Source: Perna viridis
Lineage: Eukaryota
Assembly (NCBI GenBank): GCA_037379345.1
Contig: CM074515.1
Coordinates: 21,576,001-21,640,000 of the forward strand
DNA: 64,000 bases
Reading direction: 5' to 3'
Part shown: positions 39,763 through 53,853 of the stretch, one piece after another
Layout: every line of letters starts with the position of its first letter
Position numbering within the stretch: the first letter of the stretch is position 1
The notes under the pieces: model-generated
The model's database searches: none
Seen by the model: only the letters and a program-made list of their open reading frames with translations
Told to the model about the DNA's origin: nothing
Made by a program: the position numbers and the translations under genes

Positions 39763-40846
39763 TATTATATCTAACTCAAATTAGACAGTATATTCACAAA
39801 TCATTTAGCTAATTTCTACAATCAAAAATAAAAAAAAAAAATAATAATAATATTGTATTTCAGTAATAATTTTTTATATTATTTAAGATGTCTTGATGCT
39901 AGTGTTTTTAAATTGGTATTTTTTTGTTTAGTGTACACAGTAGGAAAGAGTAACTGTACTGACATGAACTGTGTACACAATAGAAATTTGTAACTATACT
40001 GATATGAATCGAGATAAAAAATATTCAGCAAATATAGAAGAAATCATTTGAATAAGAGATGTTACTTCTGGTTATGAGAAATTTCCAAACAAATAAAATA
40101 TGTTCAATATTGGCCCAACACAGAGGAAAATGAAGCTTTGTTTATGGTGCAATGGAGGAGCGAGGACTGGGCATCTCGGAATAGTTATACATCCAAGTTA
40201 TTTAAGTGGTATCAAACTTTGCTCAGTAAATCATTATTATTCTCATAAAATTTTTAACACAGCTAAATAGGTTAGTAGTAGAACAAAAAAAATATAAGTT
40301 ATTTCAGCTTGGTAATTATTACTCTTGGCATAACAGCTCCATAAACAGTAAACATTTATAGATCTCTTCCCCATCCGTGTCCATTAAACTAGTTGAACTT
40401 GACAGAACAATATCTGTTTTTATAGTGTAAAGTGTTATTTATTGTACAAACTTCCGTAATTCACACTTGAAATGTTAATGAAGATTTATACATGAGTTGC
40501 ATGCATTTTGCATTCATAGCAGTATTGTCCTCACAAATAAATTAAACCTAGGTTTTTGGTTTAGATTATTATCTGAGAATTATTTTAAATTGCAATTACT
40601 GCAGGGTATAAATAATGAACATTACTGTAAATGCATCAGTATTATGGGAATATAATATTCTATACAATATAAATCCTTAATTGGCCAAGTCTATTTTTTC
40701 AAGGACACATTAGCAATCTTATTTCAAGGACACATAACAATGGCAATTAGTTAAAGTAATATAGACACTATACAAGTAAAACCTCAGTAATAAGGACACT
40801 TAGCAAGTACACCTTCATAATTGAGGACTTTAGGCAAGTACATAAT

Positions 40847-41062
40847 CATTAGTAATAACTATAGGCAATTACACATGTTCATCCTTATTAGTAATAACTA
40901 TAGGCAATTACACATGTTCATCCTTATTAGTAATAACTATAGGCAATTACACATGTTCATCCTTATTAGTAATAACTATAGGCAATTACACATGTTCATC
41001 CTTATTAATAATAACTATAGGCAATTACACATGTTCATCCTTATTAGTAAGAGCTATAGGCA
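40847..41062. repeat. 39-bp minisatellite x5.5 within a degenerate array (about 40700-41300)
   Basis: Unit attagtaataactataggcaattacacatgttcatcctt; flanks carry decayed aggacactta/ggcaagtaca units. Confidence 0.92.
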
Positions 41063-41975
41063 AGTTCGTCATTAATGAGGACTGTGTGCAAGTATTTTCA
41101 TTGATTAGGTCTTAAAGCAAGTACATCCTCAGTAATATATTAAGGCAAGTACATTCTCATTTGTGAGAAATTTAGGCAAGTACATTCTCATTAGTATGGG
41201 CTATGTGTAAGTACAGCTCATTAACAAGGACACTTAACTAGTGAGTCTTCATTAGTAAGGGAACTTAAGGCAATAACAAACCATTATTAAGGACACTTGG
41301 TGATTAAAACAAAATGACACAGTAGGTAAATGTTTTGTTTATTCTTTACAAAGACAAAATTTGAATTTCTGAATTTGTTCATCAGTACATTTGTACACAC
41401 AGAAGGCCTCTAATAGTACATGTAGTATATTGGAGTCACAAATTAAAAAAATGAAATACACAGTTCTGTAAAATGAAAATATATTTAAATATTTAAATTC
41501 AAAGTTGTGAACTTCTCTGCCTGTGACTTGGTCCAAGTTCTGAGTTACCTGTGAATTCAGTTCCTGATGAAGGAAGCTGTTATTGTGTTGCTACTTGAAT
41601 AGAAATGATTATTTCCATGTATAGGACATATAATTAGAGCAAATTGGTCCTAAGAGATTATATTCTACATTCATTATCTCTCTGGTTGCAGCAGTTATGT
41701 CTGTTTTAAGCTTAATATAAAAGTACCATTTATCAGATTGCCATATTAGCAGCCATTACTAGAGCTTGGTTGTACACCCACTATTATGGTTGTGGTTTAG
41801 TGTTAATTCTTGAATAAATGTGTGTAATTTTTGTTTCTGTTCACATGTACTTACTGGTATTATTCTCTTACTTGTTTGATTAGATAACTTTTTATAGAGT
41901 TGTGTCCCTTGAACTATGTCTTTTTTATTTTATTTTCAGTTTTCTTGAGTATTTTAGAGTTGGTTTCACATATTG

Positions 41976-42009
41976 CTGCTCGGACGTTAAACCCCAACAA
42001 ACAAACAAA
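41976..42009 (+). mobile_element. Extremely 5'-truncated retroposon (SINE/LINE 3' tail)
   Basis: ctgctcggacgttaaacccc followed by a (CAAA)n-type tail, flanked by a perfect 9-bp TSD CACATATTG (41967-41975 and 42010-42018). Confidence 0.7.
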
Positions 42010-42856
42010 CACATATTGATGTGATTCAATTATGTATAGATAGTAGGAACAAACAATTGTGACCTTTTCATTCATTGTTTTAAGGAGAGGGTAGGGTCAT
42101 TACATTTGTGTATTTATTGCTATATGCAATTAAAGCTTTAGAAATCTTGTTTTCTTGATATTTATAATCAACACATATTCAAAGTAGTGAATTGAACATT
42201 TTATTCAGATCTGTCATGCCAGCTGTCAGTGGCTAAATATTTTTGAAATGTATATGAAAGTAACTGCACAAAAAACTACAAAAAAAACAGTGTACATGGT
42301 AGAATTTGGACTTTCAAATTCAATATATGGATTTAACCAGAAAGAAATAGCCACTAATAATCTATACATAATAAAGTTTAAGAAATTTCTAGTATTTAAG
42401 TACCATTCTGTGTAAGTATCAGGCAATGGGTGGCACATCATATTTCTCAATTTGGTCTTTTTTGCCTCAAATACATTCAACACATCTAGAAAACAACTGA
42501 ACAGCTATTTAAATTTATCCAGAAGCATTGGTGATGTAGATATTTTTTTTTACTTCTTATATAAGGAAAAAGTTCAGGAAAATTTTCCCGCCATTTTTCC
42601 ATAGTGCATTTCAACTAAATTTGACCTATCAATATCTTAAAAGGGCAAACTTTTCAAACACTTTGACAGTAATTTCTTGAGGTTATGAGGTTTAAATACT
42701 TAGATTATGCAATAAAATGTCCGTGTATTTTTTATTCATGTGCCACACCTTGTACACATTTTGCTTGACTCTTAGACGGAGAAGTACTTAAAGTTTTATA
42801 ATAATGTTTGAGTTGATCATTATGGAAGTATCAAAAATGATGAAAAGTCATATTAA

Positions 42857-43068
42857 TGAGGTAGACCTGGGGTAAAGGACATAACTCTTTAAATCAGTAA
42901 TATGTTTGCATCATATTCAATATCACCATAGCCTATAAAGCTTTCATTCAAAATAGAATGAAATCAATCCAAGTTACTTTGATGCTTAGACAATATTGAT
43001 GTTAAATGCTGAATACAAACATTCCAATTATTTGTAAGAGTTAAGTCCCCTACCCTAGGTCTACCTCC
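42857..43068 (-). mobile_element. Kolobok-like MITE, copy 2 (inverted)
   Basis: TTAA|TGAGGTAGACCTGGGGTAAAGGAC ... GTCCCCTACCCTAGGTCTACCTCC|TTGA; interior is the reverse complement of copy 1. Confidence 0.75.
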
Positions 43069-43369
43069 TTGAAAGCCTGGATGGTTAAGTAATGTAGTCT
43101 TTAACGAAGATGTTAAATTTAATCCTTCTTTGTATGGTTTCTAAAACTGTTTACTTGTTTAGATTACTAATTGAAAGGGGGGATTTTTTTGTGCTTTTGC
43201 TTTCTCACTGTTTGAAATTCTGTAAATATGTTAGCTTTTCTCCTAATACCACAAGCAAAAAGTAAGGTTTTGGGTAGAATATTTTAAAGTTTATTCATAA
43301 GTGTACCCCATTGAATATTATAAGACTGAGTTTAGAGAAAGTTTGTATTTAACTGTATATCAGAAAAAC

Positions 43370-43665
43370 ATTTCAGACTGAGGTTTAAGACTGCATGTAC
43401 ACCAGATGACATGTCAGACTGAGGTTTAAGACTGTACCCCAAACAACAAGTCAGTCTAAGGCTTGAGACTGTACACCAGACAACATGTAAGACTGAGGTA
43501 GAAGGCTATTCACTAAATGACATGTCAGACTGATGTTTGAGACTGTATACCCTTGTAGATGGAGGTTTAAGGCTACATGTACACCCGAAACATGTCAGAC
43601 TGAGGTTTTAGACAACATGTCTGACTGACATTTCAGGAATATTCTATAGCGTACACCAGACGACA
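43370..43665. repeat. Degenerate minisatellite of about 37 bp (about 7 copies)
   Basis: Recurrent cagactgaggtttaagactgtacaccagacaacatgt. Confidence 0.85.
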
Positions 43666-44330
43666 CTACAGAAATAATCCAATCAAGCTGTTGTTGCTAT
43701 GATGTAATCAGAAAAAATAAAAGTCATTGTTGTTATGTCACTGTTGATGATGAAGGGAGTTCAAACTACAATACTTTATTATGGATATTGTCAATAAGAA
43801 TCAAGCCGTAGTTCTAGACAGAAAGAAACACCACATGTTCAGCATGTGAATGAATGGATTTGTAGTTTGATGAACTAACTGTTTTTTTTCTGTTGTAATT
43901 GTGTAGTCTAGGACCATGGGAATCTCAGTAGTACTGCGGGGGAAACTGTAATAAATGACATTTGATTCACAGACAATTCAAATTTTACAAAATTTCATGC
44001 TGATTAAACAAAATTAGAATTTTATTTTTATATTGCAATGATGATGGGCCTTGGATTGGTGTCTGCTGGTGATCAATAATTCAACTATAGTAATTGCTTA
44101 ATGCTCCACCAATAGTAGGTCCGGAGAGACGAATCGAAATACTCCTCTACGTAATTAGCTTTTTAACACAATAAAACTCTTCATCAGTATTCTAGTAATA
44201 TACGTCTGTTGAATAATTCATTAAGGCATTACAAAGTAATTAAACGTAGTCGACTGTTAATCCAGCCCAGGATTTGATGCTAGTCTTGTTCCTGTGTCAA
44301 GATCTGACTTCAATGTTTTATTCTTTTATA

Positions 44331-44508
44331 CAGTGAAACCTGTCATAATCAAACCTTAAATTAACCCAACACCTGGCCGAACCAGACACTTTAAACAGCA
44401 CTTTTATACCAAAATTAATGAATTTTGAACCTGGGTAAGACAAACACCTGTCTAAACTGAACAAATCTTTAAAATCCAAAAGGGGTTCAGTTTAGACAGG
44501 TTTCACTG
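44331..44508. mobile_element. Tc1/mariner-pogo-like MITE
   Basis: TA|CAGTGAAACCTGTC ... GACAGGTTTCACTG|TA, perfect 14-bp TIR. Confidence 0.8.
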
Positions 44509-46957
44509 TAATTCTGTTGTAGAATACTGTTAGAATAGGAACTAAACCTAAAAAAATTGTATATTTTTTTAAAATGTGTTGCCATTATTTATTATACCAG
44601 ATGTATGGTAAATAACCCTTTTTATTTTGCTTCAGTTAACTTACAGTACAGGAGACCTTGTATGATGGCCACACTTCAGTGTAACCAAAATTCAAGAATT
44701 TAATTCACCGAATGCTAAATGCAACTTCTGATGCACCATCATACCGCAAGTAATTTTCGAGTATGATTTCTCCCATTTTAATGACTACACCTGCGCTGTG
44801 GACCTTTGATTCTTTAAGTCTCTGGTATCTCTATAAAGATATCATAATGTTGATTTTCTGCTTTTTTTTTTCTCTTTCTATATATTAACGCTTTTACTAA
44901 AAAATAATGTCATGCTTTGGAAATATAATACTTAAAATTCTGTATAATAGATCATACAAAAATCTAGAATCAGCATTAGTTTTTTTGTCTATTTCTTACT
45001 TGCATTACCACCTACCCAATGTGTGGATAAATGACATACCCCTCCTCCACCCAATAGATTACCACTCAATATATCAGGAACATATCTATTATAGTAAATC
45101 TTTATTATTTTCCTTCATAAATATCATATACCAGCACGTGTTATAGCAGTGTCATTACCAGGGGTCATGTAGATCCTTTAAATCAATAAATATATATTCG
45201 GAATTATTTGGAATTGTGGGAAGACAGAAGAGTACTGCCAAACATGGAGAATAACATAATCGAAAACAATTATGAAGGTTGTCACAAATGCATGATTATA
45301 TCATTTAATTTTATTTCATTGCTGGAGGTTTTATGACATTTAAGAAAGTAATTCTTCCATGCAAGCCACCTCCATTTTGCTCACGCTCTTGAACTTTAAT
45401 ACCCTGCAGATTTTGATGATCAAACTCAACATGCTTATCAGTCTTCTACTTTAAGAGAAGTCTAGTGATAATTGATAATGCAAAGTTGGGAATGATCACT
45501 TGAAATATTCTGAAATGTCCCACAGGAGTAGTCATGTGTTGGGAACATGATTATATGGTACCATAACAATCATTTAAATCAGTGTGAACAAATAACATGT
45601 ATACATTACAAATACAGGGTAAATTGTTAATGTGTTTTCTTTATTTACCTCTTCAAAGATTTCTGGATTGCATTTCATGTTGTTGGGAGAAAAACTGCAG
45701 TAATTATATAATTCTATATTTACCGATACAGATTAAAAACAAGTCAATCAGAAAATCGTAATTTATTTTTCACGACTACAATGGAACTTAATTATTATTC
45801 TGGTCATTAAAATGTCATCAGGCGCTAGCGTTAACCTTTTTCCAAATACTTAACCAGATTTGAGGTTGATGCTCGATAATGTTTTCTAAGGATTAGTTGG
45901 TCCTGACAAATGTTCTTAGGCCTACGATAGAATATTCTAGAACAGACTCGTGTAGGGAAATGTCTAAAGTCTTTTTAATTTGTCTCTAAGCATTCTTAGA
46001 TAGAAGCTGTTTATAATGGTAAAGATTCCCATTGTGAAATCTAAAAAGAATTGAATTGAAACGAATTGCCTTTAGATCCCAAAGCATTTTTCTCTATATC
46101 AACTGTATCCTTACATAGCTCCTGAATTAAAGATCATCCTGTAATTATACTAAGCTTAAGACTGAAATCTTGAAAGAACGAAGATAAAAAATTTCAGTCT
46201 GAAATATTACTAACAATTGATTAGACAAGTTAAGAATATTGAACACTTTTACATTTTAATTCAGAATTCATCAATATAAAAGTGGGAGAACCTTATTGTA
46301 TAGACTTCTCAGTTGGATATTTTCTGGAAGGAAAAAAATATTTTCTTGTTCAGAACAAATTAAAAAAAAGTTATTTAGATTGGTTTAATTGGATAGAAAA
46401 ACTATAGAAATAGATCTATATTGTATATCAGTAATAGAAGACAAACTTTTAATTAGAATCTAGACATACTAGATTTTGTTTTTTTTTAAGTCTGTTCACT
46501 GTGAAATCATGTGGTGAAGATTTATTGTCATGTTTACGCATTTAATGATTCTAGTCTTGTATCTGGCTGTCCGTCTGTCTGTCTGTCCAACTACTTTTGG
46601 AGTATTTAAAACCCATTTTTTAATAATTTTTTGGTAGAATGTTTATTTTGCTGAAATTTTGTAGGTAGGTTTGGGCATTATATGTTGAAATGTGTGAAGG
46701 AGTATTATTATTGTTCGAGGACTCCAAAGGGAGATGATCAAACTGAAGAGTTCTACATGTTGACACCTTGTAAGCTCAGTTCCTCTGGTGCTACTCGAGT
46801 GATTTTGATAAAAAAATTACAGGAAGGTTGTGCATCATATATAGATATGCATGATAGAATACAACTATTGTCAGAGGACTGAAAACTTATAGATTTTTTA
46901 CAATTCACATTTAACTCCATTTGAAGGAGTGGATTTTCCTCACTGTGTTTTGATTTT

Positions 46958-47216
46958 TTTCCCCAGACAGTATAGAGCATACACCACTAACATGTTTCCC
47001 CAGACAGCATAGAGCATACACCAATATCATGTTTCCCCAGACAGTATAGAGCATACACCAGTATCATGTTTCCCCAGACAGCATAGAGCATACACCAGTA
47101 TCATGTTTCCCCAGACAGCATAGAGCATACACCAGTATCATGTTTCCCCAGACAGCATAGAGCATACACCAGTATCATGTTTCCCCAGACAGCATAGAGC
47201 ATACACCAGTATCATG
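46958..47216. repeat. 37-bp minisatellite x7
   Basis: Unit tttccccagacagcatagagcatacaccagtatcatg. Confidence 0.95.
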
Positions 47217-47517
47217 CATCTCATTTCATGTTTTCTTTCTCAAAGGCTTAAGTGATGGATGAAGAATAACTTTGTTTACCAGGCATATACTGGAAAATTT
47301 TGTTTTATGGGTCAACATTTTATAATGTGAAAGTTTCTAAACAGTGTATTATTTGAATATGGTATTATTTTGGATTTAAGAAAATAAGAAAAAACAAATT
47401 ATTTGTAAGATTTACCCCTACTAAGGGTGTTAGTCATTCTATAAATTCCAAAATAGTTCCAGATTCAAATAACGCTTTGTTTCTATTTCTTTTGTGTTTA
47501 AAAATGCAGAGAGGTCA

Positions 47518-47554
47518 AGGCTTGTTTCTGAAACATGTTTCAGGAAGCATGTTT
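47518..47554. promoter_or_regulatory. Candidate p53/p63/p73-family response element (three perfect half-sites)
   Basis: AGGCTTGTTT (47518-47527), AAACATGTTT (47531-47540) and AAGCATGTTT (47545-47554) all match RRRCWWGYYY; spacers are 3 and 4 bp. Confidence 0.4.
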
Positions 47555-49355
47555 ATTTTCCTCCTGTTGTCTTTAGAACTTCCTCTATATGAACAAGCAA
47601 CAAATTACTGCAATATAAGGGCTTTTGAGTATGGTTGTTGAAATTTTTCATGCATGGTTGTCATGGCAAAATCATTCTTAATTGGAAATATGATTTTGCA
47701 CATGGTTACATCTGTCAAATTCTGTACCATGATTTTAGCCATAATTTAATTGTCAAAACACTTGATCTGTACTCTGTGGACCAGATTTGATCAGCAGCTA
47801 CTTGAAAATATTCTGTCATCGTAAAAATCGGTAAATCATACGAAAACTAACCGTCACAGATATAATAATGTGGTAATTATGAGGAAGATCTTGAAGGTTT
47901 GCATTTTTGCTAGAGTCTGTAATCTAACTAACTTGTCTATGGAATTAAACAGTGGAAACTGAAGTACCATTAAGTTTTCATGAAATGTTAAATTTTACCA
48001 GAAAATATTCTGTCTGACGGCAAAATTGATACTTTATAGTGTGTGCAGAATGTGGTTTTGAGTACAGCTCGATATGTAATCATATAGCGATGACAAAGTA
48101 GCATCAATATCATTACATTGGTGTTTATTTATACCTTGTAAGAAGAATCATATACATATTACCAAAATTCTATCTGTCTTTTCATACGTCATGTAACTTT
48201 TTATTCAGTAGATTTTGATGACACTTTACATATGAGTTTGGCATTATTTGTTAATGGATATGCGAAGTAAAAGATAAAGAAACACATTTCAGTTGGTGTG
48301 GAATTATATTAATTCTTACAATTATATCCATGATATTTTTTGCTTTTTATAAGTGAATTTTTTGCTGAATTTATACAGCTTTTTTTTCTTTTTTTTTAAG
48401 AACACAAGAACAGACCAAACTTTCCACCTATGTCCCTTTCAGTGGTTATGATCTGTGAGACAAATTCAGAAGTTAATCAAATATTCATTGGAAGTTCTTC
48501 CCAATCCCACATAACATGTTAGGTGTAGCTTTCATGATGGATTACAGAGATTGACATGACCATAATTGATTGTCTTTTATGACTACCATATAAATAAGGT
48601 GTTTTCATGGTCAGTTACCAGTCTGAGTTATCATTGATTAATAATTATAAGTCCTGTTTTTGACCCAATGAGACTTATTTTCTCCATTTCAATTATTCTG
48701 GACAGTCTTTGTTGGTATAATTACCAATGTTTTTTCCTGTTTTGGACACAGACAAAGCTATTGTCCCAGCTGTAGATGATATCAATTCTTTGAATTGATT
48801 TAATCAAACTGGACCCAGTTGTGATGGTGCTTCAGATACAGAATACACAATGATGCAGGAAGTTGCATATGTTTTTGCATGCTTTCATAGAGTACTGGGT
48901 TAAAATGTATAGGACATCTGGGTAATAGAATGATAGGCTCTTACAGAGCAAAATAAGGTTTTGTGTGTGAAATCTAAAATGTGTGTCTTTAGAATTTAAG
49001 ACATTATTCTGCTGTTCATAGGAGACTTAGCCATAATAAGTAACTTCTAACAATATAAATCTACAAGCTTACAAATATCACTTTTCCTTAAGGTTAATTT
49101 CACTAGCATTGGTTATTGTGAAATAGAATTTCTATAGCCTGTTGCATGGTTACTGAACAGGGAACCACTGCATTCAAAATCCTACAAGTATTGTTTTGTT
49201 TTTGAAATATTTCCTATCTGTTATAAATATTTAAAACTAATATTTCTCTTTTTTAGTAATGAAAATAAAATCTAGGAACTGGTTCTGTAATGTCATGTGT
49301 AACTTTCTTGATTTTTAGTCACTGACCATTTCTGTTCTGAAACATTTATAAGGTA

Positions 49356-49519
49356 CAGTTAAACCTGTCTTAACTAAACCTGATTCAACCCCAAATCTGT
49401 CTAAACTAGATACTTTTTTAAGTCTCTTGTACAAGTTAATATATATTGAACTTGCGTAAACCAAACAAAGGAACAAATTATACAGTCCTAGAGGGGAACC
49501 ATTTTGAGAGGCTTTATTG
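49356..49519. mobile_element. Decayed copy of the 44331 MITE family
   Basis: TA|CAGTTAAACCTGTC ... GAGAGGCTTTATTG|TA; internally similar to 44331-44508. Confidence 0.6.
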
Positions 49520-52500
49520 TATTAGGATTTTACTTGAACAAAGGCACCTTGCTATTCTTAATTTCACAGTGTACAGAGACATTAACTCTTTCTGAATAAT
49601 AAATTGGTTATCAATATTTTATTGCACTATTTTGCAGAAATATTACTACTCCAAAATATGAGATTAATTTTCCTGTAAATAGGTAATAAATGTAGATGTT
49701 ATTGGTCCCGTGCCTGCAATATTGGATTCACAATTAATTTTATTACGCACTAAAATGTATTGTAGTGCCATTTCATAAAATGTCTCAATTCATACAGTTT
49801 AGAGTGACTATACACATTGTAATAGTGTTGAACGATAAATTGGTTGACGAGACAGTCATTGGCCTCATTTGCCTTTTTATATTTAATTAGTATGAACTTA
49901 TTCATATCTTTTATAGTTTAGATGGTCAGATTGAGATCAAATTAAACTTACCCCAGTGTTATACTGTATATCAGGTAATTTTTGAAGGGTGCTCTTGTCT
50001 TATTTTAGCAGTCTGTCTAAAAATGCCAAAATCAATATTAAATCTGAGCTTATGTACTTAGTGCTACTCTTACAATCTGCCAAAGTATATTCCACTAAAT
50101 TTTTGCATACTGTTTTGTCTAAAAATTGCCAAATTTTACCATCACAGAAATAACTGTGGTAGCTGATATCATGCAACTCCTTCCATCCACCATTTAAAGG
50201 ATTTCAATGAACTTTTTTAAGATTGGGTAATCTATTTAAATATTTATTGATATACATAGTAATTACAGTTGAAATCTTGAAATGAGGACCATTCCAGCTT
50301 GAAAAATATCAAGATGAAACAGGAACAGGTAAAGTGACCTTTTGCTCTTCAATCAAAACAACCTTTATAGGAGTTATTGCCCTTGAACAATGAAGATTTT
50401 TATTTAATAGAAAATTTCTTTATATATTTATATAACTTCATATATTTTTTCAATTAGAATATCAGTTTTATTTTGACCTTAAACTATCTGACAGGAACTG
50501 TTGAAGTAAATGTCAGAGGATGATTGGCTGTAAGAATAAGGTAAAGCTGTAGAACAGATAGTACAATGTATACCAATTGTAAGTCTAGACAACAATAAAA
50601 AAATAGATTCTCCGGATGAATAAAAAGTATGATTGATATTGGATGTAACATGTTTTGGTTATTGAACCATAATATTTATATTTTGTAGGGATTTTAGTAT
50701 TTTAGTAGTGCTGGTAACATCTTGTTGATATTTATGTTTGAACTTCTGGTGTAAATCTACATGCTTCTTGGCACAAAGATTACCCTGTGTATAAAATCAT
50801 TGATTCTCAAACTTAAATACGATTATTAACGGTGGTTTCGGTGCACAGCATATATCCTTAGTAATGAAATGTAAATGAAATTGCCTGCTTCTATGAAGGA
50901 TGACCTAAAACCACCTGTGACATATCACATTTTAGTCTATTGTTTTAACAAGAAGAAAATGAACTTGCATTTTTTTGTTGCTCTTAAAGAAAAAACAGCC
51001 TTCTTTTTTAGGCCAAAATGTGTTACTCAGTTCAATCCTCACAGAATTTCTTGTACAGAAAAGTCATCACTCCTACATTGAATACCCAAGGAATCATTCA
51101 AATAAGCATGCTCAAATTGAGCTGCTTTAGTGACTCAGTCATTTGTACTTTTCAGTTATTGTCCTCTATTCATAGAAAAATGCTTTCAAGAAGAAAAAAA
51201 AATTTTCTAGGACTAAATATTATTTGAATCCTTTTATCCAGTCTGGTGCCCACAATAAACAGATATTTTATTCACAACTTGGTAACAGTTGTACGATATA
51301 TGTTTTATGAGTGAAATATTCTACACTAATGGCTAGGTAAGATGGCTATACTACAAAGTTTAAGATGTAGGATTTAATTCGCATGTCTTTGCATATAATT
51401 GGTACCCTGATGTCTTGTCATCTGTTTTAAATGTCGCTGTTTGAAAATGCATTTAATTTATGTGTGCTGTTGTACACAAGATTGAGTACTATGGAAAATG
51501 TGAATATGTGTAGAAGCCAACTTGAAATGCATGTTTTGCATTTTTCCATGAGACGGAGCCAAAGACTGTCCTGAAGGACTTTCAGATGGTACACTTTCTA
51601 TTTACAACACCCAGATTATAAAGTTAGTAATGGATTTATCTTCGCCTACAAGTGTGAAATTTACTCTTTTGTCATCAGATATGAGCTAAATTGCAACATC
51701 ATCACAATTGTTTACAAGAAATTATATTTTTTTTCATGCAGAAAGTATTTTTTTAACCAGGTGATGACCAACACAAGACTAAGCAGGTTTTATTAGTCTT
51801 TATTATGTTTTACTTTTCTACTTTTGGTTTATTGGGGGCTCATGTCATGTTATCATGACATCAACAGACAGTTACATATACTTCCAATGTCATTCATAAA
51901 ATATGTGTCAGTGTGAATGTAGGGCATCTGTAGTGTTTCAATATAAATATTAAAACACTTAAGAGAATTGAAAATATTTCTTCTTGGAATAACATGAAAA
52001 AACTTGCCATTTTGAAGTCATTAGCAAGGTACAAGCAATACCCCCATGATGTTTTGCAGCCATCCAGAAGAGGCATGTGATTTGTACAGATGGATAATCA
52101 ACCAATCAAAAGTCTGCATTTGTTACAACCTGGAAGAATTTTTGTTTTTTTGTTTTCAGGTTATATTGTAACATAAATGAGTATGATTCTACATGTATAA
52201 TTGATAAAAACTGACTTAATCAAGGAAACCAATGTTAGTCATTTAATTCAATGTTTTACATCTTTAAAGTTCAATTAAGACAAAGCCATGATATACTGCC
52301 ATTTATCTTTCTAATAAGTTTTTTCTATCCTTCAGATTTGTTCCACATTTAGAATACTATTTAAAGGGGAAAATGTGGATATGCATTTAGCTTGCCTTAT
52401 GGAATAACTTATTTATTATACCTTAATTCATTGTTAAGATAGCAAAAGGAAGGGGCATAATTATTCTAAAATAGCAGTTACTACGTCAGATAGTAGATAT

Positions 52501-53282
52501 GTAACTGATTCAATTAGGGACGGATGAACACTATGTTATAAGAGCATAAAATTGTCGTCTGCTATTTCCAGTAAATTATTGCAACTTTTTATTGACTTAC
52601 CTAATTACTAAATAGTACACAATTATTTTTGAAATTTGGTATGTTTACATGTCAGGTTGACTAAAAACAGTCTAAATTCAGTCTGAAGTAGCAGGTTGGT
52701 TTAAAATCAGACTTCCTTATGCCTTTAATGATGCTGATGATGACTTTCATTAAATTGATTACATCTTTATAGCCAAATGTAGGATAAAGAATTAGATTTA
52801 TAAGGGCTAAATGAAGTTCAGAGGTGTGTAAGTTTAAGATATATATTAGGATGTAGTAGCAGCTGAAATAGAAACCATTGATAAAGATTTAAAAAAAAAA
52901 ACATACAAAGCATTCAAGTACATAGATGTCATTTATTTTTGTCCATAAATTTAAGAAATAAGTCACAGAAACTCCATTTTATCATTGTTTTACCTCTGGC
53001 TGACCATTTATGCCACACTATTTTACGGCATTAATGGTCAGCTCATGATAAAACATGTTTCCGTGATTTATTTCAACTCTAATCAGGACAATAATTGTAC
53101 TTTTTTACATTTTTGTGACCTATTATGGTAACTTTAGACCTGCCATATTTGTACATATTTGGCTGTATACTTTACACTAGCTATGTCATTTGAAATGGTT
53201 GCCTAAGTGAAACTTAGGTTTGTATTTTTTATGATGAAGGAAGGGTGAATTAAGTACGATGATGTCAGATATGGCAATAATC

Positions 53283-53398
53283 ATTTGCATTATAAGGTCA
53301 CAGTGTTCACATGTGCACAGGTACATTTCAATCATTGACGATTGTTATTGTTTGGTTTCATACATGATGGGGCACATGGCGAATGCTACCGAGTATGT
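53283..53398 (+). promoter_or_regulatory. Candidate internal promoter plus micro first exon (MMGHMANAT-, 53364-53392)
   Basis: Octamer ATTTGCAT at 53283-53290 abuts TATAAGG at 53291. ATG at 53364; phase-2 donor ACCGA|gtatgt at 53392/53393. The neighbourhood retains CpGs and has CCACGCCC/CCAAT at 53582-53592. Confidence 0.3.
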
Positions 53399-53714
53399 GT
53401 ATAAGTGATTTTTACGTTATATGATATAACTTTTCTAAAACATAACGTATAATATTTTAGTAAATATGAATTTGATGTTCATTCACGCTACTGAAACGAA
53501 TGAAAACAGCTGATACACATTGGAACGTTACATGTGTTTGTTTACATGATTAAGGTAAGTAATAATTTACACACATGCAAACCACGCCCAATAAGTTGCG
53601 TGCTGCTCATATGGCAGTTGAAAATTGACCACAGTTGTTATCTCAAAACCTGTTAAGTATGTCATATAGAATAAGGGTTTTATCCTTTCACCAATGATAT
53701 TTCAATGAGATAAT

Positions 53715-53853
53715 TCATTATTATACTAGTGTCCGTCAGTCTGTAGAACCAGTACTAACATCATTATTATACTAGTGTCCGTCAGTCTGTAGAACCAGTA
53801 CTAACATCATTATTATACTAGTGTCCGTCAGTCTGTAGAACCAGTACTAACAT
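53715..53853. repeat. 46-bp perfect tandem repeat x3
   Basis: Unit tcattattatactagtgtccgtcagtctgtagaaccagtactaaca. Confidence 0.95.

Noticed and set aside
46958-47216. 37-bp repeats (also 5.9, 40.9 and 60.0 kb) as CRISPR arrays
   Set aside because: Units are directly adjacent with no unique spacers; no cas genes; eukaryotic intron context.
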